NCBI GenBank assembly: GCA_963836445.1
Contig: CAWIJM010000008.1
Span: 117,838 to 181,837 of the forward strand
Source of the DNA: an uncultured Actinomycetes bacterium
GTDB taxonomy: Bacteria > Actinomycetota > Acidimicrobiia > IMCC26256 > JACDBD01
Length of the DNA: 64,000 bases
Reading direction: 5' to 3'
Part shown: positions 1 through 10,003 of the stretch, in pieces
Numbering within the stretch: position 1 is the stretch's first letter
How the letters are laid out: every line of letters starts with the position of its first letter
Notes under the pieces: model-generated
Databases searched by the model: none
Told to the model about the DNA's origin: nothing
What the model saw: only the letters and a program-made list of their open reading frames with translations
Made by a program: the position numbers and the translations under genes

Positions 1-599
1 GGAGGCGTCGCAGCGCGCCCTCGATCTCGGCGCCACTCCGGCGAAGATCGTCGCCGAAGCCGCTCAGCTCGAAGTGAGCATCCCCCTCCTGGTCATGACG
101 TACTACAACGTCGTCGCCCACGCCGGGACGGAGCGGTTCGCCGCCCAGCTCGCCGACGCCGGCATCGACGGCGCGATCGTCCCCGACCTGCCCTTGGACG
201 AGCTCGACGGTTGGGGAGACGCCGCCGACGCCGCCGGGGTCGAAACCGTCCTCCTCGCCGCGCCCACGACGCCCGACGCGCGACTTCGCGCGATCTGCGA
301 ACGGTCGCGCGGCTTCGTGTACGGCGTGTCGCTGCTCGGCGTGACCGGCGAGCGGGCGACACTCGCCGACGAAGCGGTCGAGATGGGTCGGCGGTGCAAG
401 GCGACCACCGACATGCCCGTGCTGCTCGGTGTGGGGATCTCGACGCCCGCGCAGGCGGTGGCAGCTGCGAGGCGCGGCCGACGGTGTGATAGTCGGGAGT
501 GCGCTCGTACGGCGGGTGCTGACCGGCGGAGGACCGGACGAGGCAGCCCGGTACGTCGCCGAGCTGCGGACCGCCCTCGACGGCGCCGCAGGAGACTGA
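1..599 (+). CDS. trpA: tryptophan synthase alpha subunit, 3' part (5' end lies outside the window); frame changes near 465-480
   Basis: Translation ...IPLLVMTYYNVV...DGAIVPDLP...GFVYGVSLLGVTG...GVGISTPAQA is typical TrpA. The C-terminal ADGVIVGSALVRRVL...* continues in a different frame and stops at 597-599. Confidence 0.8.
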
Positions 600-610
600 A
601 GGAGCACCCC

Positions 611-1336
611 GTGAACGCCCGAACGCTCGACCTCGACACCGCAGATGGACCGATGCCGCTGTACGAAGCGCGAGCCGGACGGCGACGCCCGGGGCGCGGT
701 CATCGTCGTCCAAGAGGCGTTCGGCGTGAATACATACATCGAGGACGTCACGCGCCGGTTCGCCGACGCCGGCTACCACGCGGTCGCGCCTGCACTTCTT
801 CCACCGGGCGGGCGGCGGCACCGCACCGTACGACGATTTCGCCAAGGTGATCCCGCTCTACGAGCACCTCGACGATGACGGCCTCCTCGTGGACGTCGAC
901 GCCGCACGTCGCGCACCTCCACGGCGCCGGTTGGGACGACACGGCGGTCGGCACCGTCGGCTTCTGCTTCGGCGGTCGGGTGACGTTCCTCGCGGCGTTG
1001 CGCCGCAAGCTCGGAGCGGCGGTCGGCTTCTACGGCGGAGGGATCGTCACCCAGCGATTTCCACAGTTCCCACCGCTGGTCGGCGAGGTCTCGGAGCTCC
1101 AGACCCCCTGGCTCGGGCTGTTCGGCGATCGCGATCCGTCGATCCCGGTCGAGGACGTCGAGCAGCTCCGCGACGCGCTGAAGTCCGCACCCGTCCCGAC
1201 CGAGATCGTGCGCTACGCGGAGGCCGGCCACGGCTTCCACTGCGACCAGCGCGACGCGCACGACGAGGCCGCCGCCAAGGACGGCTGGAACCGGACGCTC
1301 GCCTGGTTCGAGACTCACATGGCGGTCATATCGTGA
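611..1336 (+). pseudogene. dienelactone hydrolase family protein, reading frame broken about 3 times as assembled
   Basis: GTG at 611 follows GAAGGAG. The homologous sequence ([13 protein letters not shown]..., VGFCFGG, GDRDP, AGHGF) is spread over ORF-track frames 74.., 645.., 847.. and 875..1336. Confidence 0.7.
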
Positions 1337-1656
1337 AGGACATGGAGGACGCGCCGGCCGCTGACTGCGATCTCTGCGAGGCGGCGCGGATCACGCCCTG
1401 GTACCACGAGGACGACGTCTGCTGGATCGCCGAATGCGAGATCTGTGCCGTCCCGATGGTCGTCTGGCGCAGGCACGGGAAGGAACCGACCGCCGCCGAC
1501 CTCGAGCACATGCTCGACCAGCTCGGTCGCATCGCAGCCGAGCAGCTGACCGTCGAGCACTACGTCGACGACAACATGCGGAACATTCCCGATCACTTCC
1601 ACGCCCACGCCCGACCCCGGGGCGGGTTCTTCGGACACGGCTTCCGCAGGCCATAG
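1333..1656 (+). CDS. small Cys-rich HIT-like protein
   Basis: GTG overlaps the upstream stop (GTGA). It has CDLC...C-x5-C-x2-C motifs and a C-terminal HFHAHARP resembling the histidine-triad HxHxHxx motif. Confidence 0.45.
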   Translation: MKDMEDAPAADCDLCEAARITPWYHEDDVCWIAECEICAVPMVVWRRHGKEPTAADLEHMLDQLGRIAAEQLTVEHYVDDNMRNIPDHFHAHARPRGGFFGHGFRRP

Positions 1657-1733
1657 CCGGGGCGAACGCCGACGTCGAGGGCTAGCGTGAGCGACGACGC
1701 CCAATCCGGGCGGGACGCCGGAGCGTAAACATC

Positions 1734-2291
1734 ATGTGGGCTGTCTCCGACGATGCGCTCCTCGCAGGCCTGGCGACGGGAGACTCCGACGCGGCCGCGG
1801 CGTTCGTCCAGCGGTTCCAGCGCCGGGTGTTCGGCCTGGCCGTGACGATCGTCGGGGACCCACGGGCCGCCGAGGACATCTCCCAGGAGGCCTTCGTCCG
1901 GGCCTGGCGCCACGCCGGCGCCTACGACCCCCGGCGCGGCACGGTGGCGACGTGGCTCCTGACGATCACCCGGAACCTCTCAATCGACGCGGTGCGGGTG
2001 CGTCGCCCGGTGGTCGTCGACCCCGACTCGATCCTCGCCCTGAACCTCAGTGCGGGCGGGCCGTTGCCGGACGAGCTCGCGGCGTTGCGCGACGACGCCG
2101 ATCGGCTCTGCGCGGCATTGATCCAACTCCCGGTCGAGCAGCGACGAGCGCTGGTCATGGCCGGCCTCCTCGGGCACACCGCCCGCGAGGTGAGCGAGGC
2201 GGAGGGCATCCCCCTCGGCACCGCGAAGACGCGCATTCGCACCGCGCTGCTGCGCCTCCGCTCGGCGCTGACCGAGGAGCGAGCCGAATGA
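1734..2291 (+). CDS. ECF-type RNA polymerase sigma-70 family factor
   Basis: Region 2 (ISQEAFVRAWRH...TWLLTITRN) and region 4 (REVSEAEGIPLGTAKTRIRTAL) are recognisable in the 185-aa ORF. Confidence 0.85.
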   Translation: MWAVSDDALLAGLATGDSDAAAAFVQRFQRRVFGLAVTIVGDPRAAEDISQEAFVRAWRHAGAYDPRRGTVATWLLTITRNLSIDAVRVRRPVVVDPDSILALNLSAGGPLPDELAALRDDADRLCAALIQLPVEQRRALVMAGLLGHTAREVSEAEGIPLGTAKTRIRTALLRLRSALTEERAE

Positions 2292-2301
2292 GGCCGCGCC
2301 G

Positions 2302-2964
2302 ATGAGCTCGTCGATGTGCGCCGAGGTCCGCGAGCTCGCGCCTGAGCTGGCGTTGGGGATCGTCGGCGGGCCCGAGCGCGCCGAGGCGCTCCAGCATGCC
2401 AGCGAGTGCGGACCGTGTCGGGCCCTCGTCGGCGATCTGGCCGAGGCGGCCGACGCGTTGCCGCTCCTCGCCGCCGAAGCCGAGCCGCCGCCGGGGTTCG
2501 AGGAACGCGTCCTCTCGGCGCTGAAGGCGCCACGTCGGCGTAACCGCCGTCGCATCGCCGCCCTGGTCGCAGTTGCCGCCGCCGCTGCGACGATCGTGAG
2601 CATCGTTGGCGTGCGAGTCGTCGAGAGCGTCCAGGAGACGAATCGCATCGTGACCGCGGCGAGCGACGTGCGTTCGGCACACATGAACGGCGCCAACGGC
2701 TCGGAGGTCGGGAACGTGTTCGTCTCGAACGGCACGCCGTCGTCGGTGATCGTGAACGTCAACTACTGGATGCAGTCCGGCAACTACGGGATCGAGTTCC
2801 GTACCGGCTCGACCGACAAGCACCTCGGCGACATGAGCATCCACGACGGCCGCGGCTCCTGGGGTGGCGTCGCGGCCCTGCCGGGCGGTGCAGCCGGTTC
2901 CATCGTGCTCGTCGGCGCCGACGGCGCCGTCGTGTGCGAGGCGCGCCTCCCGCCGGTCAGCTGA
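2302..2964 (+). CDS. anti-sigma factor (zf-HC2 type, single transmembrane segment)
   Basis: It lies immediately downstream of the ECF sigma. It has an N-terminal H..C..C motif (HASECGPC), then a basic stretch and a hydrophobic helix (IAALVAVAAAAATIVSIVG). Confidence 0.7.
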   Translation: MSSSMCAEVRELAPELALGIVGGPERAEALQHASECGPCRALVGDLAEAADALPLLAAEAEPPPGFEERVLSALKAPRRRNRRRIAALVAVAAAAATIVSIVGVRVVESVQETNRIVTAASDVRSAHMNGANGSEVGNVFVSNGTPSSVIVNVNYWMQSGNYGIEFRTGSTDKHLGDMSIHDGRGSWGGVAALPGGAAGSIVLVGADGAVVCEARLPPVS

Positions 2965-3362
2965 CTGCCTGGCCGATGCCGAGCAGGTTCCCTTCGCTGT
3001 CGTGGAACCACACGCCCCGCTCGCCGCGACCTTTGGACGGGTAGTTGCCCTCGATGTCGGCGATGCCGTCGACGGTGCGGAGGCCGGGAACGTCAACGTC
3101 CTCGAACACCACGCCTCGGTTGCGCAGCTCGCCCACGACCGCGTCGAGATCGTCGACCTCGAACGCCATCTGCGTGTGGTTGCCCGACGCCACACCCGCC
3201 GACTGGAACAGCGCGAAGACGCCGCTGCGACACTCGTACCGCAGGCCTCCCGGGCGCTCCTCGACGGGCTCGAGACCAAGCTTCTCGGCGTAGAACGCGG
3301 GCCCGGGAGAGGTCTTGCGCTGGGAGGCGAGTGGCGAGATGAGCTCGCTGGAGAAGTGCCAT
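2957..3362 (-). CDS. VOC/glyoxalase family protein, one frame change near 3290-3300
   Basis: The N-terminus MALLQRAHLATRLPAQDLSRAR sits in one frame. FYAEKLGLEPVEE...NHTQMAFEVDDLDAVV...WFHDSEGNLLGI continues in the frame of ORF 2957..3193. Confidence 0.7.
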
Positions 3363-3391
3363 GGTGTTCTGACCCCCGCCGGGCCCCATAC

Positions 3392-4192
3392 TCATCGCTT
3401 GGCGGGAAGAAGCCGCTCCTGCAGGAACGCGAGCACCTGCTCGAGCGCGGCCCGGGTCGGGTGGCCGGGCTCGTCGACGAGGTCGAGCGTGAGCACCGAG
3501 TGCGCTCGCTTCTTGATCCCATGAGGATTGCCGCGCGACGAGTCGATCTCCACCGCGATGAACGCATCGCCCAGCTCGCGGCGCAAAGTCTCGAAGCGCT
3601 CGGGAGGAACCGCCGGATCGGCGGTGAACCGGAGACCGAGCACGCACGCGCCTTGGGCGGCGCGCTCCTTGACCCGTTCGAAGTCGGCGTCGCTGATCCC
3701 GACGGACGCCTTGCGCTTGCTGCCGACGGAAAACGGGAGCGACGGCTGGCTGAGCACGGGCGCGAGCATCGTCTCGTCGACCATCATCCCGAGCGCGAAT
3801 CCTCCGGTGAAGCACATGCCGACCGCCCCGACCCCGGGGCCGCCACACTCGACGTGCGCGTCGGCGGCGAGACGTCGGAGCCAACTGATGATCGGGCTCG
3901 TCCGGTCGGTGGCCATCGTGACGAACTCGCGGGCGACGCACGCGCCGGAGATCGAGCGCACCGTGTAGCCCCAGCCGAACGGCTTGCCGGGCGTGCCGAA
4001 CAGCGACGGCATGTAAACGGTGAACCCGGCGTCGACGACGCGCCGGCCGAACGCGATCGCCTCTGGATGCAAGCCAGGCACCTCGTGGATCACGATCACC
4101 GCTGGTCCGGCGCCGCCGCGGAACACGGGCCGGCTGACGCCGTCGTGTGTGAACGTCGACTCTGCGAACCCGTCCAGCGAAGCTTCAGCCAT
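3392..4192 (-). CDS. dienelactone hydrolase family protein
   Basis: Intact 266-aa ORF with PAVIVIHEVPGL..., GMCFTGGFAL and a C-terminal His region. Confidence 0.8.
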   Translation of the reverse strand: MAEASLDGFAESTFTHDGVSRPVFRGGAGPAVIVIHEVPGLHPEAIAFGRRVVDAGFTVYMPSLFGTPGKPFGWGYTVRSISGACVAREFVTMATDRTSPIISWLRRLAADAHVECGGPGVGAVGMCFTGGFALGMMVDETMLAPVLSQPSLPFSVGSKRKASVGISDADFERVKERAAQGACVLGLRFTADPAVPPERFETLRRELGDAFIAVEIDSSRGNPHGIKKRAHSVLTLDLVDEPGHPTRAALEQVLAFLQERLLPAKR

Positions 4193-4198
4193 CGCGCT

Positions 4199-5810
4199 TC
4201 ATACCTCCGACGGACTGACCTCGTCGAGTGTTCGATCCGCGGGCTCCGGCAGCCACGGCAACACGAACACGGCCGCGAGCAGTGAAGCGATGCCACACAG
4301 GGCTATGGCCGGGCCCAATCCGCCGACGACGTCGTCCAGGTTCGTCGCCAGCAAGAGCCCCGCGGCGGAGCCGGTGACCGCGCATACGAGCAGCAACGCG
4401 TTCGAGGTGCCACGGATCTCGGTCGGGAACAGCTCGGTGTCGAACGCGACCAGCACGATCGCCGCGCAACTGGCGGCGATGATGGCGAACGTCGCCGTCA
4501 CCCAGAGCACGAGGCCGCCGCCGAGGAAGAACGCCATCTGGAGGATGGTGGCCGCGGCGAGCGCAACGATCGCGACCGGACGGCGGCCCTTCGTCTCTGC
4601 GAGGCGCGCCGCGATCACGATTCCTATCAGTCCGGGCAATCCTGCGGTCACGCCACGGAACACGGCGATCAGCGTGTTGGAGTAGCCGTGCTCGTCGGTG
4701 AGGAAGCGGTTCGTAAGCTGCGCGGACGGGGCGCTGAAGAAGTTCGTGAGGAACGCGGCCAGGCCCAACAGGACGAACCGGAAGCCGTAGACGTTCGCGA
4801 AGACCTCACGGAGCTGCCCACGGCGCCTCGTCCGGTTCGCGAGGATTCGCGTACCGACGCGTCTCGTAGAGGTTTCGTGCGAGGCGCGGGAGCAGCAAGA
4901 TCGTCAGTGCACTGATGGCGAAGACGATGCGCCACGCCTGCGGTGCGACATCCGAGATCGGCAGGAGCACGACGGCGATCGCGAAACCGGCGCCGTAGGC
5001 GAGCGCGAGCATCGACAAGGCGTAGGCGCGTGCGCCGTCGGGCGCTTCCTCGACCGCCGCTATACCTGCCACGACCAACGTCGAGTTCACGAACGCCCGG
5101 GTCAGCACCTGCGCGCCGGTGAACGCGACAAAGCTCGGTGCGATTGCCGAGATCGCGTTGGTGATGCCGACACCCGCGAAGCAGACCAGCAGCAGGCGTC
5201 GGCGTCCTTGCCGGTCGGCGAGCGCGGTCGCGACGAGTGAGACGAGCACGCCTCCTCTCGACACTGCCAGGGCAAGGCCGAGCCCCCGGTTCGACTGGCC
5301 GAACGTCTTCGTGACCGAGTCCGCGGTCTGGCCGAACAGCGCACCGCCGAAGTTCGCGAGCGCCGCGATGGCCGCCACCGTTGCCAGCAGCGCCGTGGCC
5401 CGCGCGGGGAACGGCACCGGGGGGAGCAGTGGCGAGCGCTTGGGCGGCGTGGGCTTCGGTCGGCCCTCGACCTCGGCCGCGAGGAGCTCGGCCCGGTGCT
5501 GCATCGTGCGATGCTCACCTCGGCGCAGGAGGGGGCCGAAGAACCACTGGAAGTACGGGACATGCGGCGCGCCCTGGAGCTCCAACGAGACCCGTGTCCC
5601 TCCAGTCTCCTCGGGCTCGATCTCGACGCGCAGGCGGGCGTTCGGATCCGTCCAGTCCAGCAAGGTGCCCGTCAGCGCGCCGTCGTCGTCGCGGCGCAGT
5701 CCGAGCATCTTGCGCGCGGCCTTCTCGACCTCGCTCGGGGATGCCTCGACGGTGACGGTCACGGGCCGAGACACGTGCGGCATGCTAGGGCGTTCGCCTT
5801 CGACCACCAT
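4199..5810 (-). CDS. MFS transporter with an N-terminal soluble extension of about 110 aa; one frame change near 4840 (alternative start at 5783)
   Basis: ORFs 4806..5810 and 4199..4768 together give about 12 hydrophobic segments with an RQGRRR loop. The junction reads ...YETRRYAN / LANRTRRRRGQLREVFANVYGFRFVLLGL. Confidence 0.7.
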
Positions 5811-5821
5811 GAGGAGCGCTC

Positions 5822-6286
5822 ATGCCCAAATTGAAGCCCGGTGACAAAGCCCCTGACTTCGCGCTCACCGACCAGAACGGAAAGCCCGTGAAGCTCAAGG
5901 ACTTCCGGGGCAAGAAGCTCGTCGTGTACTTCTACCCGAAGGCCGACACGCCGGGGTGCACGACGCAGTCGTGCTCACTGCGCGACGCAGAGCCGGACTT
6001 GAAGAAGCTCAAGGCCAAGGTCGTGGGAATCAGCCCCGACACGCCCGAGAAGCAGAAGAAGTTCGACGACAAGTACGGCCTCGGGTTCCCGCTCCTCGCC
6101 GACGAGAACCACAAGGTGGCACAAGCGTGGGGGACCTGGGGGAAGAAGACCCTGTACGGGCGGAGCTTCATGGGCATCATCCGCTCCGCGTTCGTCATCG
6201 ACGAGAAAGGCAAGCTCGCCGACGTCTTCTACAAGGTCAGCCCGAAGGCCACTGTCCCAAAGGTGACCGAAGCGCTCGAGAGATGA
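5822..6286 (+). CDS. bcp: thioredoxin-dependent thiol peroxidase (peroxiredoxin Bcp)
   Basis: KAPDFALTDQNGK..., the VVYFYPKADTPGCTTQSC active-site motif, 154 aa. Confidence 0.9.
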   Translation: MPKLKPGDKAPDFALTDQNGKPVKLKDFRGKKLVVYFYPKADTPGCTTQSCSLRDAEPDLKKLKAKVVGISPDTPEKQKKFDDKYGLGFPLLADENHKVAQAWGTWGKKTLYGRSFMGIIRSAFVIDEKGKLADVFYKVSPKATVPKVTEALER

Positions 6287-6301
6287 CCCGGTCGCAGCGT
6301 G

Positions 6302-7057
6302 CTACGCCCCGATGGCGTGAAACCCCCCGTCGACGTGCAGCATCTCACCGGTCGTCGCCGGGAAGAGATCCGACAGCAGCGCCACGCATGCTTTGGCGAC
6401 CGGCTCGGTGTCCTTGATGTTCCAGCCGAGCGGCGCGCGCTCGTCCCACACCGACTCGAACTGGTCGAAGCCGGGGATGCTCCGCGCCGCGATCGTTCGG
6501 ATCGGACCCGCGCACACGAGGTTGACCCGGATGCCCTTGGGGCCGAGGTCGCGCGCGAGGTAGCGGGCGGTCGACTCGAAGGCGCTCTTCGCGACGCCCA
6601 TCCAGTCGTACACGGGCCATGCCTGCGTGTTGTCGAAATCGAGCCCGACGATCGATCCGCCTTCGCCCATCAGGGGGAGCGCGCCGACAGCGAGCGCCTT
6701 CAGCGAGTACGCCGAGACCTGGAGCGCGACGGCGACGTCCTCCCACGGCGCGGTGAGGAACCCGCCGCCGAGGCACGACTCGGGTGCGAACCCGATGGCG
6801 TGGAGCACGCCGTCGAGCCGGCCACCGACGCGGTCGGCGAGCGCGTCGACATCCTCCGAGTTGCTGACGTCGAGCTCGACGATCTCGGCCGGTGACGGCA
6901 GTCGCTTGGCCGCCCGCTGCGTGAGGCTCATGACCCGCCCGAACGACGTGAGCACGACCTCGGCGCCCTCTTCCTGGGCCCTCTTGGCGACGCCGAACGC
7001 GATCGACGAGTCGTTGAGGACGCCGGTGACGAGGATTCGCCGTCCGTCGAGGAGCAT
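6302..7057 (-). CDS. fabI: enoyl-ACP reductase (NADH), InhA/FabI type
   Basis: The C-terminal 251 aa of ORF 6302..8605 starts MLLDGRRILVTGV..SIAFG and includes YDWMGVAKSALES and VNLVCAGPIRT. Confidence 0.85.
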   Translation of the reverse strand: MLLDGRRILVTGVLNDSSIAFGVAKRAQEEGAEVVLTSFGRVMSLTQRAAKRLPSPAEIVELDVSNSEDVDALADRVGGRLDGVLHAIGFAPESCLGGGFLTAPWEDVAVALQVSAYSLKALAVGALPLMGEGGSIVGLDFDNTQAWPVYDWMGVAKSAFESTARYLARDLGPKGIRVNLVCAGPIRTIAARSIPGFDQFESVWDERAPLGWNIKDTEPVAKACVALLSDLFPATTGEMLHVDGGFHAIGA

Positions 7058-7071
7058 CCGCCGATTCTGCC

Positions 7072-8425
7072 TCAGAGTGGCGAGTTCGAGTGCCGGCGGG
7101 ACGAGGGGCGCTCCTGCTTCGTGGCGAGGCGAGCCAGCGCCGCTCCGAGCGCGCGGCGGGTGTCGGCGGGCGCAATGACCTCGTCGACGTAGCCGCGCTC
7201 GGCGGCCGGCAACGGCGTCGCGAAGCGGCCCCCGTACTCGCGCACGAGCTCGGCGTGCTCGGCGTCGGCGCGTCTCCTCGTCGGGGATCCCGGCCAGACG
7301 CTTGCCATGAAGGATCTGCGCTGCGCCGGTTGCGCCCATCACTGCGATCTCGGCGCCCGGCCAAGCGCAGTACCAGTCGTTCCCGAGCGCTTTGGAGTCC
7401 ATCACGATGTACGCGCCGCCGTAACCCTTGCGGAGCACGACACACAGCCTCGGGACGGTGGCCGCCGCGTACGCATGCACGAGCTGCGCGCCGTGTCGGA
7501 TCATGCCCCGCCATTCGAGGTCGGTGCCGGGCTCGAACCCGGGCGTGTCGACGAACGTCACCAGCGGCACGTTGAACGAGTCGCACCACTGCACGAACCG
7601 TGCTCCCTTGCGGGACGCGTCGATGTCGAGCGTCCCGGCTCGCTGACTCGGCTGGTTCGCGAGGACGCCGACCGACCGTCCGCCCAGCCGGGCGAGCGCG
7701 GTCACGAGGTTCGGTGCATGGTGGGCGCGCAATTCGAGGACGCTGCCGGCGTCCACGACGTCGCCGATGACGTCGCGGACGTCGTACGACGCCTTCGAAG
7801 CGCTCGGCACCGCCGCCGCGGCGAGCGTGCATTGGCGGTCGAGCGGATCGGGATCAGGTATCCACGGGGGGCCGTCGAGGTGACGATCGGGCAGGTAATC
7901 GAGGATCGCAGCGACGCCGGAAAGCGCGTCGGCCTCGTCCTCGACGACCAGGGAAGCCACACCGCTGCGGAAGCTGTGGACGGCCGCGCCGCCGAGGTCC
8001 ATGGGGCTGACGGGCACTCCGGTGAACGCGGTCACAGTCTCGGGCCCGGTGACGTAGGCGAACGCGTCGGTCGTCATCACGACCTGGTCGACGAGCCCGA
8101 GCACGAGGGCAGGGCCGGACACGCACGGCCCGACGACGGCCAGCAGCGTGGGCACGACGCCCGACGCTTCGCTCAAGGCACACGCCACGCGCCCTGCAGC
8201 GTGCAGTGACTCCACGCCTTCCCCGACGTCGGCGCCCGACGTTGCGACGGTGCCGACCACCGGTACGCCGAGATCCACGCCGAGGCGTACCGCCTGCTCG
8301 AGCGCCTCGCCCTCGGCCACGCCGATCGCGCCGCGGTGCTTGCCGCCGTCGAGGCGGAACCAGCTGACGGTTCGCCCGTGCAGATCCGAGAGGGCGGCGG
8401 TGACGGCGTCGCTGCGCTGCACCAT
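7072..8425 (-). CDS. acyl-CoA carboxylase carboxyltransferase (beta) subunit, AccD6-like; one frame change near 7270-7285
   Basis: The carboxyltransferase sequence (GGKHRGAIG..., VVGPCVSGPALV, GVLANQP...GTLDIDASRKGARFV, VLRKGYGGAYIVM) runs in ORF 6302..8605. The tail ADAEHAELVREYGGRFATPLPAAERGYVDEVIAP lies in ORF 7072..7308. Confidence 0.8.
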
Positions 8426-8474
8426 CACCGGCGCCTCCGGCGTCGGCGAGAACAGCGGCGTCACGAGGCTGCGA

Positions 8475-9722
8475 TCAGTCTGCGGCGGTGAGAACGAGGC
8501 TGGCGTTGTGGCCGCCGAACCCGAACGAGTTGGAGATCGCCGGCTTGGGGCCGACCTCGCGCGGTGCACCCGCCACCACGTCGAGCTCGACGTCGTCGCC
8601 GACACGCTCGAGGTTGGCTGTCGGCGGAACGATCCCGTCGCGCACGGAGAGCAGCGCGGCGACGGCCTCCACCGCGCCCGCCGCGCCGATCAGGTGCCCG
8701 GTCACGCCCTTGGTCGAGGTGACCACCGGTGGGGCGTCGCCGAAGACCTTGCGGACGGCTTCGGCCTCGGCGGCGTCGTTCAGGGGCGTCGACGTGCCGT
8801 GCGCGTTCACGTGCCCGATCGCGGATGGCTCCATGGCGGCGTCGTCGAGCGCGAGCTGCATGCAGACGGCGGCGCCGGCACCTCCGGGCGACGGGGCAGT
8901 GATGTGGTAGGCGTCGGCATTGCGTCCGTAGCCCGCCACCTCGCCGTACACGGTCGCGCCCCGCGCCCGTGCCCGCTCCAGCGGCTCGAGCACCACACAG
9001 CCGGCGCCCTCGCCGATCACGAACCCGTCGCGCTCGGCGTCGAAGGGCCTGGACGCACGCTCGGGGGCGTCGTTGCGAGAGCTCAGTGCGCCCATGCGGG
9101 CAAACGCCGCGATCGTGAGCGGAGTCACGGCGGCTTCCGTGCCGCCGGCCATCACGACGTCGGCGGTGCCGTCACGGATCAGGCGGACGCCCTCGCCGAT
9201 GGCGTGCGCGCCCGCGGCGCAGGCGGTGGCGACGCACAAGTTGGGTCCTGTCCAGCCCAATTGCATGGCGACGACGCCGGCGGTCGCGTTCGGCATCATC
9301 ATCGGCACGAAGAACGGGCTGACGCGGGACGGGCCCTTCTCGAAGTACAGGCGCTGGTTCTCCTCGAGGGTGTGCAGCCCGCCCACACCGGTGGCGATGA
9401 TCACGGCGCATCGACTCGGATCGGCGCCCAGCTCACCCGCGTCGCCGAGCGCGTCGGCGGCGGCGCCGAACCCGAGCTGGGTGACACGGTCCTGGCGGCG
9501 CGCTTCCTTGGGCCCGAAGTACTCGACCGCATCGAAGTCGCGTACCTCGCCGGCGAAGGTGATCGACAAGCCGGAAGGGTCGAAGCTCTCGATGGTGCGC
9601 GCACTCGCCCGACCGGCGCGCAACTGCTCCCAGAACGACGCGACGTCGTTCCCGGCCGGCGTCTTGACGCCAAGGCCGGTGACGACGACGCGCGGGCGGC
9701 CGCGCTGATCGAGGTCACTCAT
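8475..9722 (-). CDS. fabF: 3-oxoacyl-ACP synthase II (KAS II)
   Basis: Intact 415-aa ORF with the VATACAAG active-site Cys region plus HGTSTP and GHLIGAAG motifs. Confidence 0.9.
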   Translation of the reverse strand: MSDLDQRGRPRVVVTGLGVKTPAGNDVASFWEQLRAGRASARTIESFDPSGLSITFAGEVRDFDAVEYFGPKEARRQDRVTQLGFGAAADALGDAGELGADPSRCAVIIATGVGGLHTLEENQRLYFEKGPSRVSPFFVPMMMPNATAGVVAMQLGWTGPNLCVATACAAGAHAIGEGVRLIRDGTADVVMAGGTEAAVTPLTIAAFARMGALSSRNDAPERASRPFDAERDGFVIGEGAGCVVLEPLERARARGATVYGEVAGYGRNADAYHITAPSPGGAGAAVCMQLALDDAAMEPSAIGHVNAHGTSTPLNDAAEAEAVRKVFGDAPPVVTSTKGVTGHLIGAAGAVEAVAALLSVRDGIVPPTANLERVGDDVELDVVAGAPREVGPKPAISNSFGFGGHNASLVLTAAD

Positions 9723-9970
9723 GCTTCGGCGCCGACTTTGCTCAGCACGAGGTCGACGGCTTGTCCGACCGTCAAGACGCCCTCGAGATCCTCCTCGGGC
9801 ACAGAGATGTCGAAGCGTTCCTCGAGTCCCATCACCATCTCGACGAGGTCGAGGCTGTCGGCGTCGAGATCCTCCTTGAACCGCGCGCCCTCGGTCACGC
9901 TGTCGGGCTCCACGCTCAGTACTTCGACTGCGACCTCGCGCAGCACGCTGAGTGCTTCGTCACGTTCCAT
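9719..9970 (-). CDS. acpP: acyl carrier protein
   Basis: 83 aa with the LDADSLDLVE phosphopantetheine-attachment motif. Its stop overlaps the fabF start. Confidence 0.9.
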   Translation of the reverse strand: MERDEALSVLREVAVEVLSVEPDSVTEGARFKEDLDADSLDLVEMVMGLEERFDISVPEEDLEGVLTVGQAVDLVLSKVGAEA

Positions 9971-10003
9971 CCAGTCCTCCAGTCGCGTTCGGATGGTCGG
10001 GGT

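Noticed and set aside
1662-1690. GCGAAC-N18-CGTGA upstream of the ECF sigma gene as an autoregulated ECF promoter.
   Set aside because: It has only a loose resemblance to GGAAC-N16-17-CGTT-type promoters, the spacer is long, and there is no supporting conservation data, so it is too weak to call.
6302-8605. A 767-aa ORF that looks like a carboxyltransferase-FabI fusion protein.
   Set aside because: The carboxyltransferase C-terminus continues in another frame (ORF 7072..7308) and stops at 7072. The apparent fusion is read-through caused by a frame change near 7275. FabI has its own ATG at about 7057.
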